This document shows positions 52,686 to 64,000 of a stretch of DNA of 64,000 nt, in pieces. Under the pieces are notes generated by a model, which was not told the DNA's origin, made no database searches, and was given only the letters and a program-made list of their open reading frames with translations. A program made the position numbers and the translations under genes. Positions within the stretch are counted from its first letter, which is position 1; the number at the start of each line of letters is the position of its first letter. Location: NCBI RefSeq assembly GCF_964213995.1, contig NC_135822.1:24118001-24182000 (forward strand). Direction: 5' to 3'. Source of the stretch: Mustelus asterias. Its lineage: Eukaryota.

Positions 52686-53092
52686 CTACAGTCAAAGAAA
52701 ATTCTGTAAACTACATTTTGACGATCATTTAAATACTGTAATTTCAAACTTAAGCAGTATTCATACATTGTCACAATGTTAGCTGGCATTTGGTTTATTT
52801 CAATGGCTAATCTTCCAGAATTCCATCAAGACAAACAGTAACCAAAGGAGGATTTCAAACAGAAGTAGGAAACAGTAGAAACAGCACATTCACAAACCAG
52901 TTTACAACAACTTATATAAACTTGAAGATACACTTCTATTCCTAAACTGTGTCTGGCTATGTCTCAAACATGATGTTTTTAAATTCCCTTGATCTTCCTG
53001 TATTTTAATAATTTTACTCCATTTGCAGAATTAAAAAGCCAATGCACCAAGCGGACAGAGCAAGCCCCCAATCCAGCATCCTGCCTACTCAG

Positions 53093-53892
53093 GAGTTTAA
53101 CCCTGATAAATGTGAGGTGATTCATTTTGGTAGGACAAATTTAAATGTGGATTACAGGGTCAAAGGTAGGGTTCTGAAGACTGTGGAGGAACAGAGAGAT
53201 CTTGGGGTCCATATCCACAGATCTCTAAAGGTTGCCAGTCAAGTGGATAGAGCTGTGAAGAAGGCCTATAGTGTGTTAGCTTTTATTAACAGGGGGTTGG
53301 AGTTTAAGAGCCGTGGGGTTATGCTGCAACTGTACAGGACCTTGGTGAGACCACATTTGGAATATTGTGTGCAGTTCTGGTCACCTCACTATAAGAAGGA
53401 TGTGGAAGCGCTGGAAAGAGTGCAGAGGAGATTTACCAGGATGCTGCCTGGTTTGGAGGGTAGGTCATATGAGGAAAGGTTGAGGGAGCTAGGGCTGTTC
53501 TCTCTGGAGCGGAGGAGGCGGAGGGGAGACTTAATAGAGGTGTATAAAATGATGAAGGGGATAGATAGAGTGAACGTTCAAAGACTATTTCCTCGGGTGG
53601 ATGGAGCTATTACAAGGGGGCAAAACTATAGGGTTCGTGGTGGGAGATACAGGACGGATATCAGAGGTAGGTTCTTTACGCAGAGAGTGGTTGGGGTGTG
53701 GAATGGACTGCCTGCAGTGATAGTGGAGTCAGACACTTTAGAAACATTTAAGCGGTTATTGGATAGGCACATGGAGCACACCAGGATGATAGGGAGTGGG
53801 ATAGCTTGATCTTGGTTTCAGATAAAGCTCGGCACAACATCGTGGGCCGAAGGGCCTGTTCTGTGCTGTACTGTTCTATGTTCTATGTTCTA
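53093..53892 (+). mobile_element. Young CR1/HER1-like LINE 3' fragment
   Basis: Open frame EFNPDKCEVIHFG...LVRPHLEYCVQFWSP...; (ttctatg)n tail. Confidence 0.93.
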
Positions 53893-54052
53893 CTCCAAAA
53901 ACCAACTTGAATTCAAATCGAATTCAATTCATGGGACACACTACATCCAAGCTGACCACAACAAGCACCACACCTGATCCCATGCTCGATTTCACACTTG
54001 ATCTCAGCCAAAAGGCCTTTTCTGTTGTTTTCTTGGATGTGTCCTGTCTCAA

Positions 54053-54358
54053 GGGTGGCATGATGGCACAGTGGCTAGCACTGCTGCCTCACAGCGCCAG
54101 GGATCCATGTTCAATTCTGGCCTCATGTCACAATCTGTGTGGAGTTTGCACATTCTCCCCGTGTCTGCGTGGGTTTCCTCCAGTTTCCTCCCACACTCCA
54201 AAGATGTGCGGGTTAGGTGGATTGGTAAATTGCCCCTTAGTGTCAGGGGGATTAGCAGGGTAAATATGTGGGGTTATGGGACAGGGCCTGGGTGGGATTG
54301 TTGTCGGCGCAGACGCGATATGCCAAAAGGCCTCCTTCTGCACTGTAGGGATTCTATG
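54053..54358 (+). mobile_element. HE1-type V-SINE
   Basis: Head, V-domain and CR1-like tail. Confidence 0.85.
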
Positions 54359-55030
54359 GGTTCAATAGTGTCCTTAATCACAAACATTCATTTTTAACTG
54401 TGTAGAGCTGATTTGCTCTATTCTTGAGAGTTACTCATTACTGTCGCAGCTGAACTTAACTGATGGCACAGAGCAGGGTTAAAAACCTGTAACTTGACGG
54501 TTTCTTTGGCTCAGTCTCACAACATGCAATGTATTTTCCCATTAAATCAGGTGAACACTCAAGTTCTCCAGGTGTATAAATAAGATTTGAAATCTATTTA
54601 AATATGTAGAGCTAGCTTAATTATCAACCCTTGGATTTTTGCATCATCAAAGATGGCCCATACAAAAAAAAACACAAGAGGATTATACAATTACGGCAAT
54701 ATTCCAGTCAGGGATTCAATTCTAAGAGATGTGGAAAGTAGCTTGAGAATGAAGGGCAGGACTATGGGCACAAGGAAACAGATTTGTTTAGGGTTTGCAT
54801 ACAAAATAATAAATATAGACGACAGAATAGAAAAGGAACAAGACAAGCAGACAAAGTTATTAAAACATTTTATTCGACCTGACTTGATTTCCTTAAGTTA
54901 TTTTGTTGTACAGTACTGGTTGCAGTGCTTAATATTTGAAACACCACAGAAGCAATATATATAATCAGTTAATACACTAGTAGATTTAATTATTGCAAGA
55001 TCCAAATAAGTATGTTTCAACAATTATTTG

Positions 55031-55227
55031 TGATGTGGAGTTGCCGGCGTTGGATTGGTGTAGGCACAGTAAGTAGTCTCACAACACCAGGTTAAAGTCC
55101 AACAGGTTCATTTGGTAGCACGAGCTTTCGGAGCGCTGCTCCTTCATCTCTCACTCGCCTGATGAAGGAGCAGTGCTCCGAAAGCTCGCGCTACCAAATA
55201 AACCTGGTGTCGTGCGACTACTTACTG
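55031..55227. mobile_element. Fold-back Penelope-like terminus in CASP9 intron 1
   Basis: Same tgatgtggag...cttactg architecture; TSD caacaattatttg at 55018-55030 and 55228-55240. Confidence 0.85.
55156..55190 (+). ncRNA. Minimal hammerhead ribozyme motif
   Basis: cgc-CTGATGA-a-ggag-cagtg-ctcc-GAAA-g-CTC-gcg. Confidence 0.85.
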
Positions 55228-55667
55228 CAACAATTATTTGAAGTGTGCAACTGTATATCAAAACAAGCAAACAGAACTTAAAGTACAGTAAAGGTAATAA
55301 CTCATGCTATTTTATGCAAGTTTACACATTTAACTGTTATTTGTTGTACTTAAACAATATTAATTGTTCAACTCAGTTGGCTGACGTGTAGTTCAGAATA
55401 AATCACAGATTTACAGAATAGTCACAGTGCAGAATAAAGCCATTTGGCCCATCATGTCAGCACTGGCAACAGCACAGATTCAATTCTTGTTCCAGCTGAG
55501 GTAGGCTTGGGAGCTATCTCCTCACCTGCCCCATGGTTGATGCAGATGGTACCCCTCACGGTATATAACCAATTGTCCTCTCTAATGAGAGGAAATATAT
55601 ATATAATTATCATCTTGCTGACATGATAGGCTTCCACAGGTGTCTGCAGGTACCTCACATTGCCAAT

Positions 55668-56005
55668 GGTCCCATGAACTGGATATTCAACTGTGTGCAG
55701 CATCACAGTCTAGTCCAATTCTTCAACCCCCCCTCTCCAAGGGCCCCATGAACTGGGATATTCAACTGTGTGCAGCATCACAGTCGAGTCCAATTCTTCA
55801 ACCCCCTCTCCAAGGGCCCCTGAACTGGGATATTCAACTGTGTGCAGCATCACAGTCGAGTCCAATTCTTCAACCCCCTCTCCAAGGGTCCCATGAACTG
55901 GGATATTCAACTGTGTGCAGCATCACAGTCAAGTCCAATTCTTCAACCCCCGTCTCCAAGGGTCCCATGAACTGGATTATTCAACTGTGTGCAGCATCAC
56001 AGTCC
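55668..56005. repeat. Minisatellite, ~73-bp unit x ~4.6, in CASP9 intron 1
   Basis: Unit ggtcccatgaactgggatattcaactgtgtgcagcatcacagtcgagtccaattcttcaacccccctctccaag; tattcaactg recurs at 55684, 55759, 55831, 55904, 55978. Confidence 0.95.
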
Positions 56006-56147
56006 AATCAATCCCCCCCCCCCCCACCCACCCACCCCCCCCCATCCCACTTTGCCCCAGCAACACCGAGAGCCGCGGCGAGATTGAAGAAGAGAACCTG
56101 GTTGACGGGCTCAGTCTGCGCCCTCCCCGGCCCGCTCCCTCTCACAC

Positions 56148-56279
56148 CTTGATCTCCTCGATCATGTCCTGACTGAAGATGCCTTTCGCCACCAGGGGAT
56201 CATAAAGCAGCCCGGGCTGCAGTCCCGTCACCAGAGGCAGGCGATGCCGCTGCAGAAGCTTCCTCTGAGAATCATTCAT
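56148..56279 (-). CDS. CASP9: Caspase-9 exon 1 (CARD N-terminal half)
   Basis: MNDSQRKLLQRHRLPLVTGLQPGLLYDPLVAKGIFSQDMIEEIK|gtgtga, 132 nt; nine exons sum to 1248 nt = 415 aa + stop. Confidence 0.95.
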
Positions 56280-56410
56280 CTTTGACTCCCGGTTCCCCCG
56301 GGCGGTGAGGAACCCGCCGCCGCTGCCTGACCCTCTGCAAATGGCGGCCGATCAGTTCCGGGTGCGGCTCAGGCTGTGCTGCTGGAGCCTCCCAGAGTAG
56401 GCCGCAGACA
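56280..56410 (-). promoter_or_regulatory. CASP9 CpG-rich 5'UTR/promoter
   Basis: GC/CpG-rich; YY1-like AAATGGCGGC and ETS-like TTCCGG motifs. Confidence 0.55.
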
Positions 56411-57152
56411 TTCACTTAACCCAACCATCCATCTTCCTCTGTAGCCGCCTTCTGTCCTCCTCACCACTTACTTTCCTACCTAATTTTGTGTTTCCAGCAA
56501 ATTTATCAACCATACCTTCAGTGCCTGGGCAACAGGAGGCTGCAACACACTGAGGACATGGACCTGACTGACAAATAACATTGCCACACTATTCCCATAT
56601 TATAATGTCTTGCAAAGGGTTTAATCACTCAGAAATCAAACAAGCCGGAGTGTTTAAGGCTAAGGTCATTGCTTCAGGACAAAACCAGCAGCATGGCAGC
56701 ACAGTGGTTAGCACTGCTGCCTCACAGCACCAGGGACCCGGGTTCAATTCCGGCCTCGGGTGATTGCGCGGAGTCTGCACGTTCTCCCCGTGTCTGTGTG
56801 GGTTTTCTCCCACACGCCAAAGATATGCAGATTGGGTTGATTGGCCATGATAAATTGCCCCTTAGTGTCAGGGGGATTTGCAGAATAAATATGTGGGGTT
56901 AAGGGAATAGAGCCTGGGTGGGATAGTTGTCAGTGCAGGTTCAATGGGCCAAATGGCCTCCTTCTGCACTGTAGGGATTGTATTATTCGGAAATGCAGGT
57001 ACCAGTAAAACTTGACCTGACTGCTCCTGTAAAATTGATCTCCATTATTACTGGGATTTGACAATTTTGATCTTTTTTTTCTTTCTGGGAGGGAAGATTA
57101 CTCTGCCCATTTATGATTATATGTTTGCTTTTATACCTTTTTTTAGCTTGTC

Positions 57153-57750
57153 AGCGCAGTGGTTAAGCACTGCTGCCTCACAGCGTCAGGGGCCCAGGTT
57201 CGATTCCCGGCTTGGGTCGCTGTCTGTGCAGAGTCTGCACGTTCAGAAAGAGGCCATTCAGCCCATCAAGCCTGCACTAACAACAATCCCACCCAGGCCC
57301 TAACTCTGTAACCCCACATATTTATCCGACTAACCTCCCTGACACTAAGGGAATATGACCAATCAACCTAACTCGCACATCTTTGGAATGTGGGAGGAAA
57401 CTGGAGCATGTGGAGGAAACCCATCCAGACATGGGGAGAACATGCAAACTCCACACAGTCACCCAAAGCTATAATCAAACTCGGGTCTCTGCTACTTTGA
57501 GGCAGCAGTACTAACCACAGTGCCACCATGCCGCCCCATGGGTTCTCCCTGTGTCCTCTGGGGTTTCCTCCAGGTGCCCCAGTTTCCTCCCACAGTCTGA
57601 AAGATATGCTGGTTCAGTGCATTGGCTATGCTAAATTCTCCCTCAGTGTACCCAAACAGGTGCCAAAGTGTGTCGACTAAGGGATTTTCACAGTAATGTC
57701 ATTGCAGTGTTAAAATAAACCTACTTGTGACACTAATAAATAAATAATAA
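57153..57750 (+). mobile_element. Tail-B V-SINE interrupted by an inverted HE1-type SINE (about 57243-57536)
   Basis: Outer SINE breaks at gcacgttc and resumes at gttctccctgtg. Confidence 0.8.
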
Positions 57751-58619
57751 AATAATAGTCTGGCCAATGTCTGGTCCCGGATGGCTTAATTATGTCTGGT
57801 GTTTGGTGCTGTAGTACATTTACTCCAGTGAGGTGGGGCCCATGAGCCTGGTTCTTTTTCCCATCTGCAGTAGCCTCACACGCACATGTTAAAACATAAG
57901 TTGGTGTTTGGAGCTTTCCCCCACAATTCTGACCCCACCCTGTCGTACATACAAATGTATGAATTAGGAGCAAGAGGCCATTTGGCCCTATGAGCCTGTT
58001 CTGCTATTTGTCATGGCTGACCTGGTTGTGGCCTCCATTCTACATTCCCGCCCACCCCTCATCATCTTGACTTCCTTGTTGGGCAAGAATCTGTCTACCT
58101 CTGGCTTAAGCATATTTAATGACCCTAGTTAAGAAAAGTTGGAGGAGTGGCTCTATTAATTAATGATGGTGTTAGCACATTAGAGAGGAAAGACCTAAGT
58201 TCAGAAACCAGGTTGTAGAAGCAGTTTGGGTTGAGATGAGAAATGATACAAGATATAGTGTACAGGCCCCTTAATTGTAACTAAATGGTAGGACAGAGTA
58301 TGAAAGAAAAGATAATGTGAATTTGTCAGAAAGATACTGTGTGGAGATTGCATTTTCTCGCTGTGTCTGCATGGGTTTCCTCCAGGTGCTGCAGTGCAGG
58401 TTGGGTGGATTGGCTATGCTAAATTGCCCCTTAGTATCTAAAGATGTATAGGTTTGGTTAATTAGTTATGGCAAATGTGCAGGGGTTATAGGGCCTGGGT
58501 GGAATGTTCTTTCAGAGAATTGGTGCAGACTTTGTGGGCTGGATGGCCTCTTTCTGCACTGTATGGATTCTATGATTCTTTAAACTCACCCTAAGGTCTT
58601 GAGGGGAATGACGAATGAG

Positions 58620-60125
58620 AAAGTTGATGCGTTGGTTTTAACTTTCCAAAATTCACCTGATTTTGGAAAAGTCCAGTTAGATTGGAAGATAGCAAAAAGG
58701 AAGAGAAACAAAACATAGGAAACTGCAGGCCAGTCAGCCTAACATCTGTCAGGGAAAATGTTACAAGCCATCATTAAAGATGTCATAGCAGGATATTTGT
58801 AAAAATTCATGGTAATCAGGCAGAGTCAACATGGTTTGTGAAAGGGAAATCATGTTTAACCAATTCAAGTTCTTTGCATCTGCTGTGGATAAAGGAGGAC
58901 CAGTGGATGTACTATACTTAGATTTCCAGAAGGCCTTTGCTAAGGCCACCTAAGAGGTTATTGCAGAAAATTAAATCTCATGGTGTAGGGGGTAACTGAC
59001 ATTGGCATAGATTGAAGATTGTCTAGGAAACAGAGTTGGCATAAATGGGTCTTTTTCTGCTTGGCAGGATGTGATGAGTGGTGTGCCACAGGGATCAGTG
59101 CTGGGGCTTCAACTTTTTACAATTTATATAAATGACTTGGATGAACGGATTGAAGGTATGATTGCCAAATTTGTTGACAACACAAAGTTAGGTAGGAAAG
59201 TAAATGGTGAAGAGAACATAAGGAGGCTACAAAGGAACATAGGTTAAGTGAGTGGGCAGAAACCTGGCAAGTGGAGTATAATATGCGCAGATGTGAAATT
59301 GTCCATTTGGCAGTAAGATTACAAAAGAAGCTTATTATCTAAATGGTAGTAATTTCAGAATACTGAGATACAGAGGGATCTGGGTGAGCCTGTGCATGAA
59401 TCACAAAAGGCTAATATACAGGTACAGCAAGTAATTAGGAAAGCTAATAGAATGTTATCTTTTATTGTGAGGGGAATTGATTACAAAAGTAGGAGTTTTT
59501 GCTTCAGTTGTAAAAGGCATTCGTGAAGTCACATCTGGAGTACTGTGTCCAGTACTGGTGTCCCTATCTAAGAAAATATATCAATGCATAGAAACTGTTC
59601 AGAGAAGGTGACTAGACTAGTACCAAGAATGAATGAAGTTGTCTTATGAGGAAAGATTGTCACGGTTGGGTTTGTGTCCATTCGAGTTTAGAAAAGTAAC
59701 AGATGACTTAATTAAAACCTTTTTAGACCCTGAAGGGTATTGACAGGGCAGATGAGGAGAGGATGTTTGCGATTCATAGAATTCCTACAGTGCAGAAGGA
59801 GGCCATTCGGCCTATCAAACCTGCACCCAGGCCCTATTCCTGTAACCCCACACATTTATCCTGCTAATCCCCCTGACACTACGGTCCATTTAGCATAGCC
59901 AATCAAACTCACCTGCACATCTTTGGACTGTGGGAGGAAACTGGAGCATCTGGAGGAAACCCACGCAGACACGGGGAGAAAGTATAAGCTCCACACAGTC
60001 AGTGATCCGAAGCCGGAATTGAACCTGGGAGCCTGCTAACCACTGTGCCACCATACGGCCAAGGCACATTGTCGGAGAATTTAGAACCATGGGTCACTGT
60101 TTTAAGAATAAGGGGTCGCTCATTT
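58620..60125 (+). mobile_element. Degraded CR1 LINE interrupted by a SINE (59773-60055)
   Basis: agtggtgtgccacagggatcagtgctgggg, cacatctggagtactgtgtccag. Confidence 0.8.
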
Positions 60126-60989
60126 AATCTCAATAATAATCTCAAATTTACTCTTAATTTTATTGGAATTGTAGACTGTTGAGTTTGTTGCTGCTTCTCC
60201 TGCGAGTTTAACCTTTGTACGTGCTCTCCTTTATTTTGTCCTATTGACAACCATGCTCATTTTCTACCATTTTCTACATAAACCCATCTGTCTCTTGAAT
60301 TTCCTTTAAGATTTTCTTAAGGCTTTTTGAAGAAGCCCTTGGTTACCCCAGATGATTCTTTCTATGGCTGTGCATCCATCCCCCCCCCCCCCCATTCAGC
60401 TACACCTTTTTTTTGTGTTTGAATTTACTTATCAGGTATTTTTGCTATTGTCCTTGCTAGGTTTACACAGTGCTTTGGGTAAACAGTGAATGTGGTTTTT
60501 GTACCACCTCAAAGACAAATCAATCCATATGCCACTTTGTACAAATGTGCTAGTGAAGCTTAAGGAGTTGCGTGGTTTTGGTATAGCTGGCAAATGTAAA
60601 CATGACGCCTGATTTTTAATATAATGTTTTTACTACAGCACATCCTATGATGTATAAACTATTGGGATTATGATTTTAGATCAGGATAGAAAAGGTGACA
60701 AATTAAACCATAAGCCATCCCCCTATTCTGCTTGCTGTTTGGTATTAAGAGGAAGGTTGGGAACCCAAGTCCGCACTCTGGTTTTCCGGGGACCACTTCC
60801 AGTGTTGCAGCAGGTGGTAGTGACAAGTTGGCTGGTGCTGATTGGTTGGTTTTTAAGAAGTGGGTGTGGTTGACTTTACAAGTTGTCGGATTTTCGCGTT
60901 TAAAAAATTTGGGACTCGAAATCTAAAAATAAATAGTAAATTCAATGATGATAATGGTAAAAAGCGAGGAGAGAGAGAGAGATGGGGGA

Positions 60990-61050
60990 CTGCTGTTGCT
61001 AAGGGGCCGGCGGCCTGTTTCCGGTTCCGGTCTCTGTGCGGGAGCTGGAA
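60990..61050 (+). promoter_or_regulatory. DDOST CpG-rich promoter/5'UTR
   Basis: Tandem ETS-like TTCCGGTTCCGG; YY1-like AAATGGCGG overlapping the ATG. Confidence 0.55.
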
Positions 61051-61222
61051 ATGGCGGTGGGTGGGAGCCAGGGTGGAATGGGGGCGCACCGGGTTTCGGG
61101 GGCCTGGGTTTTGCTGTTCGTCTCCTTCCTCTCTGTGGCTGAGGGGTCGGGGCGGATGTTGGTACTTCTGGAGAACACCAACATGAAGGAGACACACTCC
61201 ATGTTCTTCAAGAGCCTGACAG
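61051..61222 (+). CDS. DDOST: DDOST (OST48) exon 1; further exons not seen in window
   Basis: MAVGGSQGGMGAHRVSGAWVLLFVSFLSVAEGSGRMLVLLENTNMKETHSMFFKSLT G|gtggga; resembles human [23 protein letters not shown] after a signal peptide. Confidence 0.92.
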
Positions 61223-61282
61223 GTGGGAGCCGGCTGCGGGTGGGAGGATGACTTAGTCTCAGTGATGGGTGCAATGGTTAAA

Positions 61283-61560
61283 GTTTTTTTCTTAGTTTCA
61301 CAAGTAGGCTTACATTAACACTGCAATGAAGTTGCTGTGAAAATCCCCTAGTCGCCACACTCGGGCGCCTGTTCGGGTAGAATTTAGCACGGCCAATGCA
61401 TCTAACCAGCACGTCTTTCAGACTGTGGGAGGAAACTGGAGCACCCGGAGGAAACCCACGCAGACAGGGAGTACGTGCAAACTGCATATAGACAGTGAAG
61501 CAATCCCGGAATCAAACCCGGGATCCCTGATGCTGTGAGGCAGCAGAATTAACCACTGTG
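61283..61560 (-). mobile_element. V-SINE, tail B, in DDOST intron 1
   Basis: Reverse complement of head/V-domain/tail B. Confidence 0.8.
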
Positions 61561-63129
61561 TTTCCCTGGGTGGAGTATACGATTTTGAAGAGATAGAAAA
61601 AGAGCCAAGACCGGCAGGAGATGCTTTCTGAACATTAATGGGCAGACAAAGACCAGTTGGTCCAACAAGCCTGCCACACACTGTGATAGCTGAGACCAGT
61701 CCAGTAGATCAAATGGGCCAGTTGTTGCCATTAAGACATTTTTCGGTTTGATCAATATCTGTCCCAATCAGAAATTAGTCTGAATGCATGCAATAGAGTC
61801 TGTGCCACTGCATCAGCTAGCAATGGGGCTGATCACTGGATACCATCAGTACCAGAGGTCTTTGGAGTCCAGAGCGAGTAGGGTTGGATGGAGCTGGAGG
61901 GGAGACAAACCAAATTCAGTCACAAGGATTAACTGGAATGCAGAGGAGTTGTGATTGTGAAAATTAAGGCAACAAACGACTTTAAAACTTCAGTTAGCCA
62001 TTGTACTCTCAGGACAGGGACAATTCATACCAGTACTAATTAACGTTACATCTTGCTGTAAATATCACTTGTGTATTTCTGAATGTACTTCATCAGTTAC
62101 TGAAACACACTAACCCATGCCTCTGTTTGAAATCTCCAATTAGATCTTGGATTTAACTTGACATTCAAGATTTCGGATGATCCGAGTTTGTCTTTGATTA
62201 AATATGGAGAATTTTTATTTGATCATCTCATCATTTTTTCTCCATCAGTGGAAGGTAAAGATGTCTATGATTTCTATGTTTCCTGTAATAGATTTCTCAC
62301 TTGGAAATTGCATTTTGGTTTTTCTTTTTGAGGCTTCTAGAGCTTTGCTGTTTAAAGAAAATCACTGGTGGACTGCATGGCCTACTTGGAATGCAATAGT
62401 TTGTGTAGAGATTGAAAAGAAATACCGCATCAGCCACAGAGTTGGAGGGCTTTTAATGTAAAGTCAACGAGGTTCAGTGTCAGGAAATATATTTATTTCC
62501 TGCCAATTTTCTTATCTCTTCAAATGACATTAACTGCCTTTTGAATTTGTAAGTTGTTCTCCAATTGTTTGGCCACTTTTTCTCTTCCTAACCAAGGTCA
62601 TTGAGGTAGCTTGCAAATTGCATATTGGCTCAGTTGAGATCAGCTATAGAATTACATAGAATGTACAGCACATTTCCAGGCCATTCAGTGTGGCCAGTCT
62701 GTGCTAATGTTTATATTCCACGCAGCCTCTTCCCTCGATTTCCATCTCCCTCTGATGCATATCTAGCCACCCATTAAATGTATCTACGCTAATGGTCTCA
62801 ACCCTTGTTGATGAGCACCACTTTTTTAGTAAAGAAGTTTCTTCTTGATTTTTTTGGTGATTATCTTATTGACTTTATGTTTTACGCTTCCCCATACCTG
62901 GTAAGTCTTTTTGTTTAGTTTATCAAAACCTTTCCTAATTTTAGATCTCTCTCTTTGGTTATCCCTCAGCCTTCTCTTTTCAAAAGAAGGGTGCCTGTTA
63001 AACCTGTGTCAGCCCGTTCATCCTTTGCTTGCAGTTTTAATATGAACCTTGTGCATTTTTTTTGCAACCTCTTACCTTTTTAATAATTTGGCAACCAAAA
63101 CTATACATGGTACTCTATTTGTGGTCTAA

Positions 63130-63915
63130 TTTTTTAAAAAATCATTTTTATGGGATGTGGGCCACACTTGACTAGACCTAGAATAGCATTTATTGCCCAT
63201 CCCTAGTTGCCCTTGAGAAGGTGGTAGTGACCTTTTTGAACCGCTGCAGTCCCTGGGGTGTTAGTACATCCACGTTGCTGTTAGGGAGGGAGTTCCAGGA
63301 TTTTGACCCAGTGACAGTGAAGGAACGACAACATATTTCCAAGTCACGATGGTGAGTGACTTGGAGAGGAACCTCTAGTGGTGGTGTTCCCAGGTATCTG
63401 GTGCTTTTGTCCTTCTAGATGGTAGTGTCATGTATTTGGAAGGTGCTGCCTAAGGAACCTTGATGAGTTTCTGCAGTGCATCTTGTAGATGGTACACACG
63501 GCTGCCACTGTTCATTGGTGGTGGAGGGATTCAATATTTGTGGATGGGGTAGTAATCAAACGGCTGCTTTGTCCTGAATGGTGTCAAGCTCCTTGAGTGT
63601 TGTGGGCGCTACACTCATCCACTCCCAACTTGTGCTTGTAGGTGGTGGACAGGCTTTGGGAAGTCAGGAGGTGAGTTATTCGCCACAGGATTCCTAGACT
63701 TTGACCTGCTCTAGTAGCCACAATATATAGCTAGTCCAGTTCAGTTTCTGGTCAATGGTCACCCCCAGGATGTTGCTAGTGTGGGATTCAGTGATGGTCG
63801 TGCCACTGAATGTCAAGGGGCGCTGGTTAGATCCTCTCTTGTTGGAAATGGTCATTGACTGACATTTGTGTGGTGCAAAGTTATTTGCCACTTGTCAGCC
63901 CAAGCCTGGATATTG
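63130..63915 (-). mobile_element. Non-LTR retrotransposon 3' fragment (family of 46500-47807)
   Basis: ILGVTIDQKLNWTSYI; matching 3' tail. Confidence 0.85.
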
Positions 63916-64000
63916 CTTGACACAAATTTAGCGTAACGTCTTGATTCTATCCCTTTGGAAATAAGACTTGATTTGCTTTTTGTTATGACCTATTGATCTT

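Noticed and set aside
55668-56005. CRISPR-like array
   Set aside because: Units are contiguous tandem copies without unique spacers, no cas genes, eukaryotic context.

Overview
Vertebrate nuclear DNA, almost certainly shark/elasmobranch (inferred from HE1-type V-SINEs and CR1/HER1-like LINEs). It is repeat-rich, and most ORFs in the supplied track are spurious or repeat-derived. Genes, reconstructed by hand-splicing: DNAJC16 (- strand; non-coding exon 1 near 26.1 kb, 10 coding exons 20154->1024, continuing off the left edge); a complete 9-exon caspase-9 (- strand, 56279->34900, 415 aa); DDOST exon 1 (+ strand, 61051), divergent from CASP9; and an intronless, decaying HSBP1 retrocopy antisense just downstream of CASP9. 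The most striking non-genic signal is a family of Penelope-like (GIY-YIG) insertions carrying minimal hammerhead ribozymes with covarying stems. Four of them are stereotyped fold-back palindromes flanked by 12-13 bp target-site duplications, one with 387-bp arms inside a CASP9 intron. A V-SINE subfamily also appears to use a Rex1/Babar-like 3' stem-loop instead of the CR1 tail. Exon coordinates were read at splice sites; repeat boundaries are approximate. No database searches were run.
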